From contig JBBQHG010000001.1 of NCBI GenBank assembly GCA_038323755.1, positions 1 through 44,844 on the forward strand: a DNA stretch of 44,844 bases. Reading direction: 5' to 3'. The number at the start of each line of letters is the position of its first letter. Within the stretch, counting starts at the first letter, position 1. The position numbers and the translations under genes are program-made. A model generated the notes under the pieces. The model saw only the letters and a list, made by a program, of their open reading frames with translations. It was not told the DNA's origin and searched no databases. Shown piece after piece: positions 9,730-18,854 of the stretch. The DNA is from Sphingomonadales bacterium. GTDB taxonomy: Bacteria > Pseudomonadota > Alphaproteobacteria > Sphingomonadales > Sphingomonadaceae.

Positions 9730-10056
9730 TCAAAACGGCACCTTCAGCGTCAGCATCACTTGGCCGTCTCCCAGCCGGCCTTGTTGAATTTCAGACCCAA
9801 GCGTCGCGTTACCACCAAGCTTCATCTGTAGGCGCTGCTCGTCGACATAGCGCTCGGGCAAGGGCCGCAGCCGATATCGCTCATTGGCGTCGGTGGACCC
9901 GCAAACGACGATGTCGCCATTGGCACCCTTCGGGCACGGGGTAGTCGGCACCGGCGAGAGCGGCCGGGCAGGCGCAGCGGGCTGACGCGAAGGCAAGGGC
10001 GGCCCGGAAATGATCGCCGCCTGCAGCAACATCCCCGTCACCAGCGCGCCCAGCAT
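9730..10056 (-). CDS. Hypothetical exported protein
   Basis: Signal-like N-terminus, C...DIVVCG...RYRLRPLP motif, C-terminal Phe. Confidence 0.7.
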   Translation of the reverse strand: MLGALVTGMLLQAAIISGPPLPSRQPAAPARPLSPVPTTPCPKGANGDIVVCGSTDANERYRLRPLPERYVDEQRLQMKLGGNATLGSEIQQGRLGDGQVMLTLKVPF

Positions 10057-10431
10057 CGCCTAACCCTCGAAAATCGCCCGGTGAATGATCGCACGACCGT
10101 GCCCGAACATGCCCGGCGAAAATGGCTCAAAAACGGCAGACATGCGGACAGTCTGGCGCATCCGCATCACGGGCAACACGCTGGCGGAACAATCTTCGGT
10201 CCGCAGAACCGGCTGCAGCTCAAGCCTTATGGCCCGTTGCGCGGGGGCGCTTGATCCGGACGCGAGCGAGCGATTGCGCTTCAAGGGCAGCGGACAAAGC
10301 GACCTGCGGATTAGTAGCTGCCGTTCCTCGACCTCGCCATCATAGTCCGATGACAAGCGAGGTTTTACTGGCGGGACCCCGGATCAAGTCGGTAGTTATA
10401 CCCTTTGGACATGTAGCCCTAAATCTGGTAA

Positions 10432-10743
10432 ATGTTCGGGATGCGAATCACATTTCACGGATTGCTCGCAGCATCCCCGGTTCCGCTTGCGGGGTTATGG
10501 CTTGGCGCGTGTCAGATTTGGAATACGCCCAAGAGGATTACGGAATGGGGGTGGCAGCAAATGCACCACCCTCTAGGAGTAGCAATCGCGATCGCCTCCG
10601 TGTTGATCTACGTTTTGATTTTGTGGCTAACACGCCCAAAGAAACCAATAGAGTCGCCCGACACTTTAGGGGCATCTGAAAAGGGCGGGGGCGTTTACAC
10701 ACAGAATCACGCCGGTTCTGGCGACAACGAAATGAACTTCTGA
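10432..10743 (+). CDS. IS cargo: small membrane protein with C-terminal QNHxGSGxN motif
   Basis: Two hydrophobic segments (LLAASPVPLAGLWLGAC; LGVAIAIASVLIYVLILWL), a polar linker and a terminal GGVYTQNHAGSGDNEMNF; start uncertain (10432 or 10441). Confidence 0.75.
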   Translation: MFGMRITFHGLLAASPVPLAGLWLGACQIWNTPKRITEWGWQQMHHPLGVAIAIASVLIYVLILWLTRPKKPIESPDTLGASEKGGGVYTQNHAGSGDNEMNF

Positions 10744-10753
10744 GAGGACTGGT

Positions 10754-11062
10754 ATGGCTGGCAATATCTTTAACCAAAATCATACGGGCAGCGGGAACAA
10801 CGTCATAAATGTAGGGACGCGCGAACAAAATGCGCTCTATCAAGACGACAGAAAAGTCGCCATTGTTGTAAACGGGGCATTCACCGACAAGGAAGGTGAA
10901 ATTCTCTTCGGGGAAATTCGGTTCATTGACAGCGCAGACACAACGAGGCCGTTTCAATTTCAAGGTGTCCGACTCATCTGCGACACACCGAGCGTCATTT
11001 CTACCGCACCGGGAAATTTCATGAACCTTGTTGACAACGTGCGTTGCAGGATTCTCAAATGA
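10754..11062 (+). CDS. IS cargo: small soluble protein with N-terminal QNHxGSGxN motif
   Basis: GAGGA RBS; starts MAGNIFNQNHTGSGNNVINVG, followed by a beta-rich domain. Confidence 0.8.
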   Translation: MAGNIFNQNHTGSGNNVINVGTREQNALYQDDRKVAIVVNGAFTDKEGEILFGEIRFIDSADTTRPFQFQGVRLICDTPSVISTAPGNFMNLVDNVRCRILK

Positions 11063-11250
11063 ATGAAGAACCTACGATAGCAAACGACCCTGGAGCGCGT
11101 TTCGATGCGCTGTTGCTCGCCATGACGAACGGCAAAGCGCCTAGCGCGAAAAAGAAACCATCAGCCGCGCCAGCATCAGGTGAGGCGTCTCGCGCATGTT
11201 GTGACGATATTCAAACTCCGAAAGATACTTCGGAAGATGCTTCGCGCTGA
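11059..11250 (+). CDS. Small IS-internal ORF, antisense to the transposase 3' end
   Basis: ATGA overlap with the upstream cargo gene; MNEEPTIANDPGARFDALLLAM... Confidence 0.45.
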   Translation: MNEEPTIANDPGARFDALLLAMTNGKAPSAKKKPSAAPASGEASRACCDDIQTPKDTSEDASR

Positions 11251-12019
11251 CATGAATGTGCGTGCCATTGATCCCGCGCTTAAGCTGCGCCCACATGCCT
11301 TCGATGGCGTTGGTAGTGGCGCCACGCTTGCCAACGTGCGCGCCCGTCTTGTGGCTGACCGTGATGTGGTCAAAGCCTTGCTGACCGAGGAAGCGATACG
11401 AGCCGAACTCGTCGCTGCTGATCGTGGTGCCTGGGATGATCGACGAATGGATAAGCGCCTCCATTGGCCCGCGCGTGCGACTTTCGACAACGCGCATTGC
11501 GAGCTTTCCGCCGCGCTCTTTCATGCCAACGACAACGGCCTTGTTGCCCATATATCCGTTGCCCTTGCCACTGATCGAGCCGCCAACGATCGTCTCGTCA
11601 ATCTCAACCGTGGTGCCGGGACCGCCAAGGAAATCATCGCCGTCAACGTCGCCCATATACTCGCGGATTTGGTGACACATGCGCCAAGCGGTTTTGTACG
11701 TCACGCCAAGCTGGCGCTCGACTTCTTTCGCAGCAACGCCGTTCCGCGAACTGCAAAACTGAAACATCACAAAGAACCAGTCGCGCAGCGGCGTGCGGGT
11801 GCGATCAAACGGCGTGCCAGCGGTCGGATAGACCTGATGTGCACACCACTGGCACTGATACGAGCGGCGAGCCTTCACGCGCGAAAACTTGGCGGGCCGA
11901 TCGCAGCCGGGGCAATCAAAGTCAGTGCCGTAGCGCACCTGAAACAGGTGATCGAGGCAAGCGTCCTCGGTCGGGAACTGCGCTTGGAACTGGCGAAGGG
12001 TGGGGGCTTTCGTGCTCAT
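11141..12019 (-). CDS. IS1595-family DDE transposase
   Basis: Zn ribbon CPGC...CQWC, HTH (LGVTYKTAWRM), VEIDET, SSDE, TNAIEGMWAQLKR, KHLPKYLSEFEYRHN. Confidence 0.95.
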   Translation of the reverse strand: MSTKAPTLRQFQAQFPTEDACLDHLFQVRYGTDFDCPGCDRPAKFSRVKARRSYQCQWCAHQVYPTAGTPFDRTRTPLRDWFFVMFQFCSSRNGVAAKEVERQLGVTYKTAWRMCHQIREYMGDVDGDDFLGGPGTTVEIDETIVGGSISGKGNGYMGNKAVVVGMKERGGKLAMRVVESRTRGPMEALIHSSIIPGTTISSDEFGSYRFLGQQGFDHITVSHKTGAHVGKRGATTNAIEGMWAQLKRGINGTHIHVSAKHLPKYLSEFEYRHNMRETPHLMLARLMVSFSR

Positions 12020-12165
12020 AGGCATTGTATGCCACATCCGCTTACATGTCGCAAGGGGATAATTGCCGATCAAGTCCGGGGTGACAGCGATGGGGGTGGA
12101 TGTCTGCGCGAAAGACCCGCCGCCACGCGCAGCCAACACGCCCGCCCGCAACAGCGAGGCGCCAA

Positions 12166-13446
12166 TCAGCTCTTGGCTTCAGTCCCGCCCGTCTTTGGCT
12201 TGATGGTCAGGGCATCGAGCGGAATATCGAGCATATAGGCAAATCCACTAGGCCTGTAGTCGAGCTCGACCTTGCCTCTCAATTGCTGACCGAGCGAGGA
12301 CATCATGCGAGTGCCGAAGCTCTTGCGCGTGGGTTGAGCAACAGGCGGCCCGCCGGATTCCGTCCAGCTGAACTGAAAACGATCGCCGATAATCGACCAG
12401 TCGATGCGAACGCTGCCTTCGGGTAACGACAAGGCGCCGAATTTGGTCGTATTCGTGCAAAGCTCGTTCAACGTCATGGCGAACGCGATGACTGAGCTCG
12501 ACGCTATCCGGATGTTGTCGCCAGAAATTATGAAACGGCCGCTCCCCTGATCGAAGGGCTCGACGGCGTTCCGGACGGTGGTGTCGACTGTGGCGTTGTC
12601 CCAGCTCGCTTGCGTCAGAAGATCATGGGCGCGACCAAGCGCGGCAAACCGCCCATCGATTGCCGAGCGCGCATGGACCATGGTCGGCGCGGTGCGCAGG
12701 CTCTGGTGGGTGATCGCACCGACAGTCGCCAACATGTTCTTGATCCGGTGATGCAGCTCGGCATGGATCAGGTCCTGCAGCTTGTCGGCAGCGTCGCGCT
12801 CGTCGGCTTCAATTCCCGACTGGACGACCAGTGCCTTCGCGTCGATGCCGGCCTGTTCGAGCGCGAGCCTCAGGCTGTCGTTTTCCGTTGCTAGCGCGTC
12901 CTGAAAAGGACGGTTCTCTTCGATGATCAGCTGCTGCTTTTCGGTATCGAGCACGGTTTTCAGCAACAGCGCCTTGGCATCGATCGCGGCTTGCTCTAGC
13001 CGGTGGCGGAGGGCGCTGTTTTCCTTAGCCAGCAAATCCTCGACAGCGATCAGCGCCGGCATCAGCTTCAGCGCGCCCTTGCCGATCATTTCCTGAAGCT
13101 CGAGGACCATCCGTTCCACTTCCAGCGGCTTCGGGAAAAACCTGCTGTTGGCTGGTTTGTCGGCGTCGGTGACCGCGATTTGTCCCGACACCAGAATGAT
13201 CTTGATGTGCGGCCAGCGCGAATGCACCGCATGGGCCAGCTTCAGTCCATCCATGCTTCCCGGCATCTGAATATCGGTGAACAGCAGCGAAATGTCGTCG
13301 CGCGATTCGAGCACCTCGATTGCTTCGTCGGCACTGGTTGCCTCGATCGACTTGAACCCGGCGTCTTCGACGATGTCCACTGCGCGCATGCGCAGGACCA
13401 TCTCGTCTTCGACAATCAGGACGATCGGTGTCTGGCCAGCTGTCAT
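12166..13446 (-). CDS. Receiver domain fused to an HWE/HisKA_2-type histidine kinase
   Basis: IVEDE...LFTDIQMPG...FFPKP receiver; ELHHRIKN H-box, NELCTNTTKFGAL, WTESGGP. Confidence 0.88.
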   Translation of the reverse strand: MTAGQTPIVLIVEDEMVLRMRAVDIVEDAGFKSIEATSADEAIEVLESRDDISLLFTDIQMPGSMDGLKLAHAVHSRWPHIKIILVSGQIAVTDADKPANSRFFPKPLEVERMVLELQEMIGKGALKLMPALIAVEDLLAKENSALRHRLEQAAIDAKALLLKTVLDTEKQQLIIEENRPFQDALATENDSLRLALEQAGIDAKALVVQSGIEADERDAADKLQDLIHAELHHRIKNMLATVGAITHQSLRTAPTMVHARSAIDGRFAALGRAHDLLTQASWDNATVDTTVRNAVEPFDQGSGRFIISGDNIRIASSSVIAFAMTLNELCTNTTKFGALSLPEGSVRIDWSIIGDRFQFSWTESGGPPVAQPTRKSFGTRMMSSLGQQLRGKVELDYRPSGFAYMLDIPLDALTIKPKTGGTEAKS

Positions 13447-13659
13447 CACGTGTCGAACTCCCGGGAAGTCCGTATTCCCAAGCAGATAGGGGGAGCCCGC
13501 CACATTGGTGTAGGCAGCGGGCGCGGCTGTCAAGCACGGGGCGACGCGGGTGGGACCGGCAGGTCTCAGCAATATGCCCGCAACAGCCGATATTCCGCTT
13601 CCCGCCCAATACCCCCACCCCGCCTTGACCCCACTCCCGCCGCAGCGCAGCATGCGCGC

Positions 13660-16347
13660 ATGGCGACCCTCCCCCCCATCACCAACAATCCCGACATCCG
13701 CTTTCTGGGAAAGCTCCTTGGCGATGTGATCCGCGATTATGGCGGGGCGGCGCTGTTCGAGCGCGTCGAGGCGATCCGTGCGGCCTCTGTCGAGCGCCAC
13801 CGTGGCAGCGGGGACGAGCGCGCAACCGATATGGCGCTTGACCGGCTCAGCCTTGACGAAACGCTCGATTTCACGCGCGGCTTCATGCTGTTCTCGATGC
13901 TCGCCAACCTGGCCGAGGATCGCCAGGGCATCGCCGCCGAACCCGGTGCAGACATGGCCGCCGCGCTCGAAAAGCTCGCCGCTGACGGCATCGACACCAA
14001 CGCCGCGCTCGCGCTGCTCGATCGCGCGCTGATCGTGCCCGTTCTCACCGCGCACCCCACCGAAGTGCGCCGCAAATCGATGATCGATCACCGCAACCGC
14101 ATCGCCGAGTTGATGAAGCTGCGCGACGCCGGGCAGGCGATCACCGCCGATGGCGATCAGGTCGACGAAGCGATCATGCGCCAGATCGCCCTGCTCTGGC
14201 AGACGCGCGTGCTGCGCCGCGAGCGGCTCTATGTCGCCGACGAGGTCGAAACTGCGCTCAGCTATTTGCGCGATGTGTTCCTCCCCGCGCTGCCCGCGCT
14301 TTACCAACGCTGGGACCGGGCGCTTGGCCAGCGCGTGCCAAGCTTCCTGCGCCCGGGCAGCTGGATCGGCGGCGACCGCGACGGCAATCCCTATGTCGTC
14401 GCCGACTCGATGCGCACCGCTTTGTCCAAGGCAAGCGAGGCGGTGCTCGGTTATTACCTCGATGCCGTCCACACGCTGGGCGCCGAACTGTCGATCTCAA
14501 CCGAACATGCCAGCGTCGATGCCGATCTTGCGGCCCTGGCAGACGCCAGTGGGGACACCGCCGATGTCCGCGCTGACGAGCCCTATCGCCGCGCGCTATC
14601 CGGCATCTATGCCCGCCTTGCCGCCACCCATCTGGCGCTCACGGGCAAGCCCGCGCCGCGCCCCGGCAAGCTGCCCGGTGATCGCTACGCCACGCCGCAG
14701 GGTTTGCGGCATGATCTCGCCATCATCGCCCGGGCGCTTGCGGGTGATCGCAGCGGTGCCTTTGCCACCAGCGGCGCACTTGGCCGGTTGATCCGTGCGG
14801 TCGAAACCTTCGGCTTCCACCTCGCCACGCTCGACATGCGCCAGAACAGCGCGGTCCATGAGCGCGTCGTGGCTGATCTGCTGAAGGGCGCAGGCGTTGA
14901 GGCCGATTATCTGTCGCTCGATGAACCCGCCCGCATCGCGCTGCTCCGCCGCGAACTCACCAGCCTGCGCCCGCTCACCAGCCCCTATGCAAGCTATGCC
15001 GACGAAACCACGTCCGAAATCGCGATCCTGCACACCGCCGCTGCCGCGCATGCCGATTACGGGCCCGGCTGCATCACCAATTATGTCGTGTCGATGGCGC
15101 AGTCGGTGTCCGATCTGCTCGAGGTCAATCTGCTGTTGAAAGAGGCCGGGCTGTATCGCCCCAGCCGGGGTCAGGACGACATGCCCCACGCCGCGATCAT
15201 GGCGGTGCCTTTGTTCGAGACGATCGGCGATCTCGAAGCCGCGCCCACCGTCATGGCCGATTATTTCGCGCTGCCCGAAGTGGCCGCCGTGGCGCGCGCG
15301 CGCGGCCATCAGGAAGTGATGATCGGCTATTCGGATTCCAACAAGGACGGCGGCTATCTGACCTCGACCTGGAGCCTCAGCCGCGCCTCGACCGCGCTCG
15401 CGCCGGTGTTCGAAGCGGCGGGGGTGGCGATGCAGCTGTTCCACGGGCGCGGCGGGGCGGTCGGGCGCGGCGGTGGCTCGTCCTTTGCCGCGATCCGCGC
15501 GCAGCCGCCCGGCACCGTCCAGGGCCGCATCCGCATCACCGAACAGGGCGAGGTCATCGCCGGCAAATATGGCACGCGCGAAAGTGCGATGACCAATCTG
15601 GAAGCGATTGCGGCGGCGACATTATTGGCCAGTCTGGAGCCAGAACGGCTCTCGATGCGCGATTATGCGCGTTTTTCGACTGCCATGGACGATCTTTCGG
15701 GCACCGCCTTTCGTGCCTATCGCGATCTCGTTTATGGCACCGAAGGCTTCCGCACCTTCTTCCGCCAGATGACCCCGCTTGCCGAGATTTCGGGGCTCAA
15801 GATCGGCTCGCGCCCGGCCAGCCGCACCAAGTCGGACCGGATCGAGGATCTGCGCGCCATCCCCTGGGTGTTCAGCTGGGCGCAGGCGCGCGTCATGCTG
15901 CCGGGCTGGTACGGCGTGGGGGCCGCCATCGCCGCGTTCGAGGACAAGGCCCTGCTCAGGGACATGGCGACCGGCTGGCCCTTCTTCGCCGCCGTCCTTT
16001 CCAACATGGAACAGGTCATCGCCAAATCCAACATGGCCATCGCCGCCCGCTACGCCGCCCTGGTCGAAGACCAGAACCTCGCTCGGGGTGTATACCAAAC
16101 CATCTACCAAAGCTGGCACCAGAGTCATGACGGCCTGCTCCTCGCCACCGGCCAATCCCATCTCCTCGCCAACAATCCCGCGCTCGATGCCTCGATCCGC
16201 CTGCGCCTTCCCTATATCGAGCCGCTCAACCTGCTGCAGATCGAACTCATCAAGCGCCGCCGCTCGGGCGAAAAGGACGATCGCATCGGCGAGGGCATCT
16301 TACTCTCGATCAACGCCATCGCCACCGCTCTTCGCAACAGCGGCTAA
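13660..16347 (+). CDS. ppc: Phosphoenolpyruvate carboxylase
   Basis: VLTAHPTE, WIGGDRDGNP, VMIGYSDSNKDGG, FHGRGGAVGRGG, LRAIPWVF, terminal RNSG. Confidence 0.97.
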   Translation: MATLPPITNNPDIRFLGKLLGDVIRDYGGAALFERVEAIRAASVERHRGSGDERATDMALDRLSLDETLDFTRGFMLFSMLANLAEDRQGIAAEPGADMAAALEKLAADGIDTNAALALLDRALIVPVLTAHPTEVRRKSMIDHRNRIAELMKLRDAGQAITADGDQVDEAIMRQIALLWQTRVLRRERLYVADEVETALSYLRDVFLPALPALYQRWDRALGQRVPSFLRPGSWIGGDRDGNPYVVADSMRTALSKASEAVLGYYLDAVHTLGAELSISTEHASVDADLAALADASGDTADVRADEPYRRALSGIYARLAATHLALTGKPAPRPGKLPGDRYATPQGLRHDLAIIARALAGDRSGAFATSGALGRLIRAVETFGFHLATLDMRQNSAVHERVVADLLKGAGVEADYLSLDEPARIALLRRELTSLRPLTSPYASYADETTSEIAILHTAAAAHADYGPGCITNYVVSMAQSVSDLLEVNLLLKEAGLYRPSRGQDDMPHAAIMAVPLFETIGDLEAAPTVMADYFALPEVAAVARARGHQEVMIGYSDSNKDGGYLTSTWSLSRASTALAPVFEAAGVAMQLFHGRGGAVGRGGGSSFAAIRAQPPGTVQGRIRITEQGEVIAGKYGTRESAMTNLEAIAAATLLASLEPERLSMRDYARFSTAMDDLSGTAFRAYRDLVYGTEGFRTFFRQMTPLAEISGLKIGSRPASRTKSDRIEDLRAIPWVFSWAQARVMLPGWYGVGAAIAAFEDKALLRDMATGWPFFAAVLSNMEQVIAKSNMAIAARYAALVEDQNLARGVYQTIYQSWHQSHDGLLLATGQSHLLANNPALDASIRLRLPYIEPLNLLQIELIKRRRSGEKDDRIGEGILLSINAIATALRNSG

Positions 16348-16733
16348 TCAAGGAACGGCGCCGCAATCTCGTCACGCACCCGCGCCAGTCGTCCGGTCAC
16401 CCGGTCGATCAGCGCCCAGGTCGTCACCGCCTCGACCTTCACCTTGCCGTCGGTGCCGGTGAAGCGCACATGCCGGTCGAACCGCGCGCCATAGGGTTTG
16501 CCCGGCACCCAGGTCTCCCCCATCACCGTCTCCCCCGCCGCGACATTGCCGCGGTAATCGATCTCATGCCGCGTCACGACCCAGATATAGGCGGCGACAT
16601 GCTCAGGCGGCGCAACCGCCTGCCAGTGCGCGGTCGCAAGGTCCTGAATCCACCGCACCCAAACCGCATTGTTGACATGACCAAGCGCGTCGATGTCGGC
16701 AGGCTGCGCGGTGATGGCGAGGGTGAAGGCCAA
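16344..16733 (-). CDS. Acyl-CoA thioesterase (4HBT hotdog fold)
   Basis: DIDALGHVNNAVWVRW motif; TTG start after GGAGG. Confidence 0.88.
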   Translation of the reverse strand: MAFTLAITAQPADIDALGHVNNAVWVRWIQDLATAHWQAVAPPEHVAAYIWVVTRHEIDYRGNVAAGETVMGETWVPGKPYGARFDRHVRFTGTDGKVKVEAVTTWALIDRVTGRLARVRDEIAAPFLD

Positions 16734-16735
16734 GC

Positions 16736-18805
16736 CTATCCCTCCATACCCAGCTGCCACAGCACAAAGGCATGCTCCTCAGCTGCCTCCCGCAAACTTT
16801 CGAACCGGCCCGATTTGCCGCCATGCCCGGCGCCCATATTGGTCTTCAGCAGCAACACATTGTCGTCGGTCTTTTCGTGCCGCAATTTGGCGGCCCATTT
16901 GGCCGGCTCCCAATAAGTCACGCGCGGATCGTTGAGTCCGCCCGAGATGAACATCGGCGGATAGGCCTGGGGCTTTACATTGTCATAGGGGCTGTAGCTT
17001 CGGATCAGGTCAAAGGCCGCCTTGTCCTCAATCGGGTTGCCCCATTCGGGCCATTCGCCAGGCGTCAGCGGCAGCGTCTCGTCCAACATCGTGTTGAGCA
17101 CGTCGACGAAGGGAACGTCGGCAATCACCGCACCCCACAGCTCGGGATCACTGTTGACCACCGCACCCATCAGCTCGCCACCCGCCGAGCGGCCCGCGAT
17201 CGCGATCTTGCCCGCGCTGGTCCAGCCGCCCTCGATCAGCCCCTTCGCCACATCAACGAAATCGTTGAACGTATTCGTGCGCTTCTCCAGCTTGCCGTCG
17301 AGATACCATTGCTGGCCAAGATCATCACCGCCGCGGATATGCGCAATGGCATAGGCAAAGCCGCGATCGAGCAGCGACAGTCGCCCGGTCGAGAAGCCCG
17401 GCGGGATGGCGTACCCATAGGCACCATAGGCGTAGAGGAAGAGGGGGCGGCTGCCGTCCTTCGGGAAGTCCTTCGGGTAGACGATTGACACCGGCACTTC
17501 GGTGCCGTCGCGAGCCGTGATCTTCAGCCGGTCGGTGGCGTATTTGCCGGCGTCATAGCCGCTCGGAATTTCCTGCACCTTCAGGACCGTCATCTCGCCG
17601 CTTTCGACGTCATAGTCATAGACCGTCCCCGGCGTGACCATCGATTCATAACCGAGCCGCAGCACGGTCATGTCATATTCGGGATTGTCGCCGAGCCCGG
17701 CATCATAACTAGCCTCGGGGAAAGCGATCCGCTTGGGAGCGCCGCCGTCGTAGGAGTGGATCTCGATCTGATCGAGCCCCTCTTCGCGGCCATCGACGAT
17801 GAAGAAGCGTGCAAAACAACTAACGCCCGTCATGTAGAAATCGCGGCTTGGCGCGATCAGTTCGGTCCAGGTTCCCGGATCGCTGATCGGTGCGGTGCAG
17901 AGCCGGAAATTGGGGTCGGTGTCATTGGTGTGGATGAACAGCGTGTCGCCGTGCGCGTCGATATCATATTCGCGCTCGACCTGGCGTGGCGAGACGCAAA
18001 CGGGCGTAGCGAGCGGATCGCTGGCTGGGACCAGCCAGACTTCACTGGTGACATGATCGCCGGTCGCAATGACGATCCATTGCCGGTCGCTGGTTTCCGA
18101 TACGCCGACGCGGAAGCCTTCATCGGCTTCCTTGAACAGTTCGATATCGTCGGTGACCGGCGTGCCGAGCCGGTGGAAGCGGGCATTGTCGGTGCGCCAC
18201 TGATCATTGGCGAGACCATAGAGAATGCCGCTGTCATCGGCTGCCCAAACGATTTCGGAAAGCATGCCGGGGATCACCTCGGGCAGATGCTCGCCAGAAG
18301 CGATATCCTTGATGCGAACCTCAAAACGCTCTGAGCCATTATCGTCGATCGCATAAGCAAGCAGCCTGCCATCATTACTGACTGACAACGCCCCCAGCCG
18401 GAAATATTCCTTGCCCTGGGCCAGCGCCGGCTCGTCGAGCAGCAGCTGGTCAGCGCCACCAGCAACGGGCTTGCGCCACCATTTGCGATACTGGCCGCCC
18501 GTCTCGAATGCGGTCCAGTAAAGCCAGTCGCCATCCTTTTGCGGGACGGAGGAATCGTCCTCCTTGATCCGCCCCTTCATCTCTTCATAGAGCCTGTCGG
18601 TCAGTGGTTTGAGCGGGGCCATCACCCCTTCAAAATAGCCGTTCTCGGCTTCCAGATACGCCAGCACATCCTTGTCGGACACTTGCGGGTAACCCGGATC
18701 TTTCAACCAGGCATAGGGATCGTCGATCGTGTGCCCGTGGGCTGTGAAGCTGAACTGGCGGCGGTCCGCGCGCGGCGCGGTGGTGGCGTGGGCGGTCATG
18801 GTCAT
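16736..18805 (-). CDS. ptrB: Oligopeptidase B (S9A peptidase)
   Basis: DPYAWL, GRSAGG nucleophile, NDPRV, GAGHGG. Confidence 0.93.
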   Translation of the reverse strand: MTMTAHATTAPRADRRQFSFTAHGHTIDDPYAWLKDPGYPQVSDKDVLAYLEAENGYFEGVMAPLKPLTDRLYEEMKGRIKEDDSSVPQKDGDWLYWTAFETGGQYRKWWRKPVAGGADQLLLDEPALAQGKEYFRLGALSVSNDGRLLAYAIDDNGSERFEVRIKDIASGEHLPEVIPGMLSEIVWAADDSGILYGLANDQWRTDNARFHRLGTPVTDDIELFKEADEGFRVGVSETSDRQWIVIATGDHVTSEVWLVPASDPLATPVCVSPRQVEREYDIDAHGDTLFIHTNDTDPNFRLCTAPISDPGTWTELIAPSRDFYMTGVSCFARFFIVDGREEGLDQIEIHSYDGGAPKRIAFPEASYDAGLGDNPEYDMTVLRLGYESMVTPGTVYDYDVESGEMTVLKVQEIPSGYDAGKYATDRLKITARDGTEVPVSIVYPKDFPKDGSRPLFLYAYGAYGYAIPPGFSTGRLSLLDRGFAYAIAHIRGGDDLGQQWYLDGKLEKRTNTFNDFVDVAKGLIEGGWTSAGKIAIAGRSAGGELMGAVVNSDPELWGAVIADVPFVDVLNTMLDETLPLTPGEWPEWGNPIEDKAAFDLIRSYSPYDNVKPQAYPPMFISGGLNDPRVTYWEPAKWAAKLRHEKTDDNVLLLKTNMGAGHGGKSGRFESLREAAEEHAFVLWQLGMEG

Positions 18806-18854
18806 CGACCTTTCCTATCCGCTGGCGCGGTAAAGTCGAGCCAACTGTACCGGG

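Larger units (their letters stand above)
10391..12067 (-). mobile_element. IS1595-family transporter IS (ISNwi1-like ends) carrying cargo ORFs
   Basis: Imperfect terminal IRs GGTAGTTATACCCTTTGGACATGTA and revcomp GGCAATTATCCCCTTGCGACATGTA; flanking direct repeat GATCAAGTC at 10382-10390 and 12068-12076; lower GC. Confidence 0.92.

Noticed and set aside
13003-14472. Apparent long overlap between the extended ppc ORF and the extended kinase ORF
   Set aside because: Artefact of choosing the most upstream starts; the likely starts are 13660 (+) and 13446 (-)
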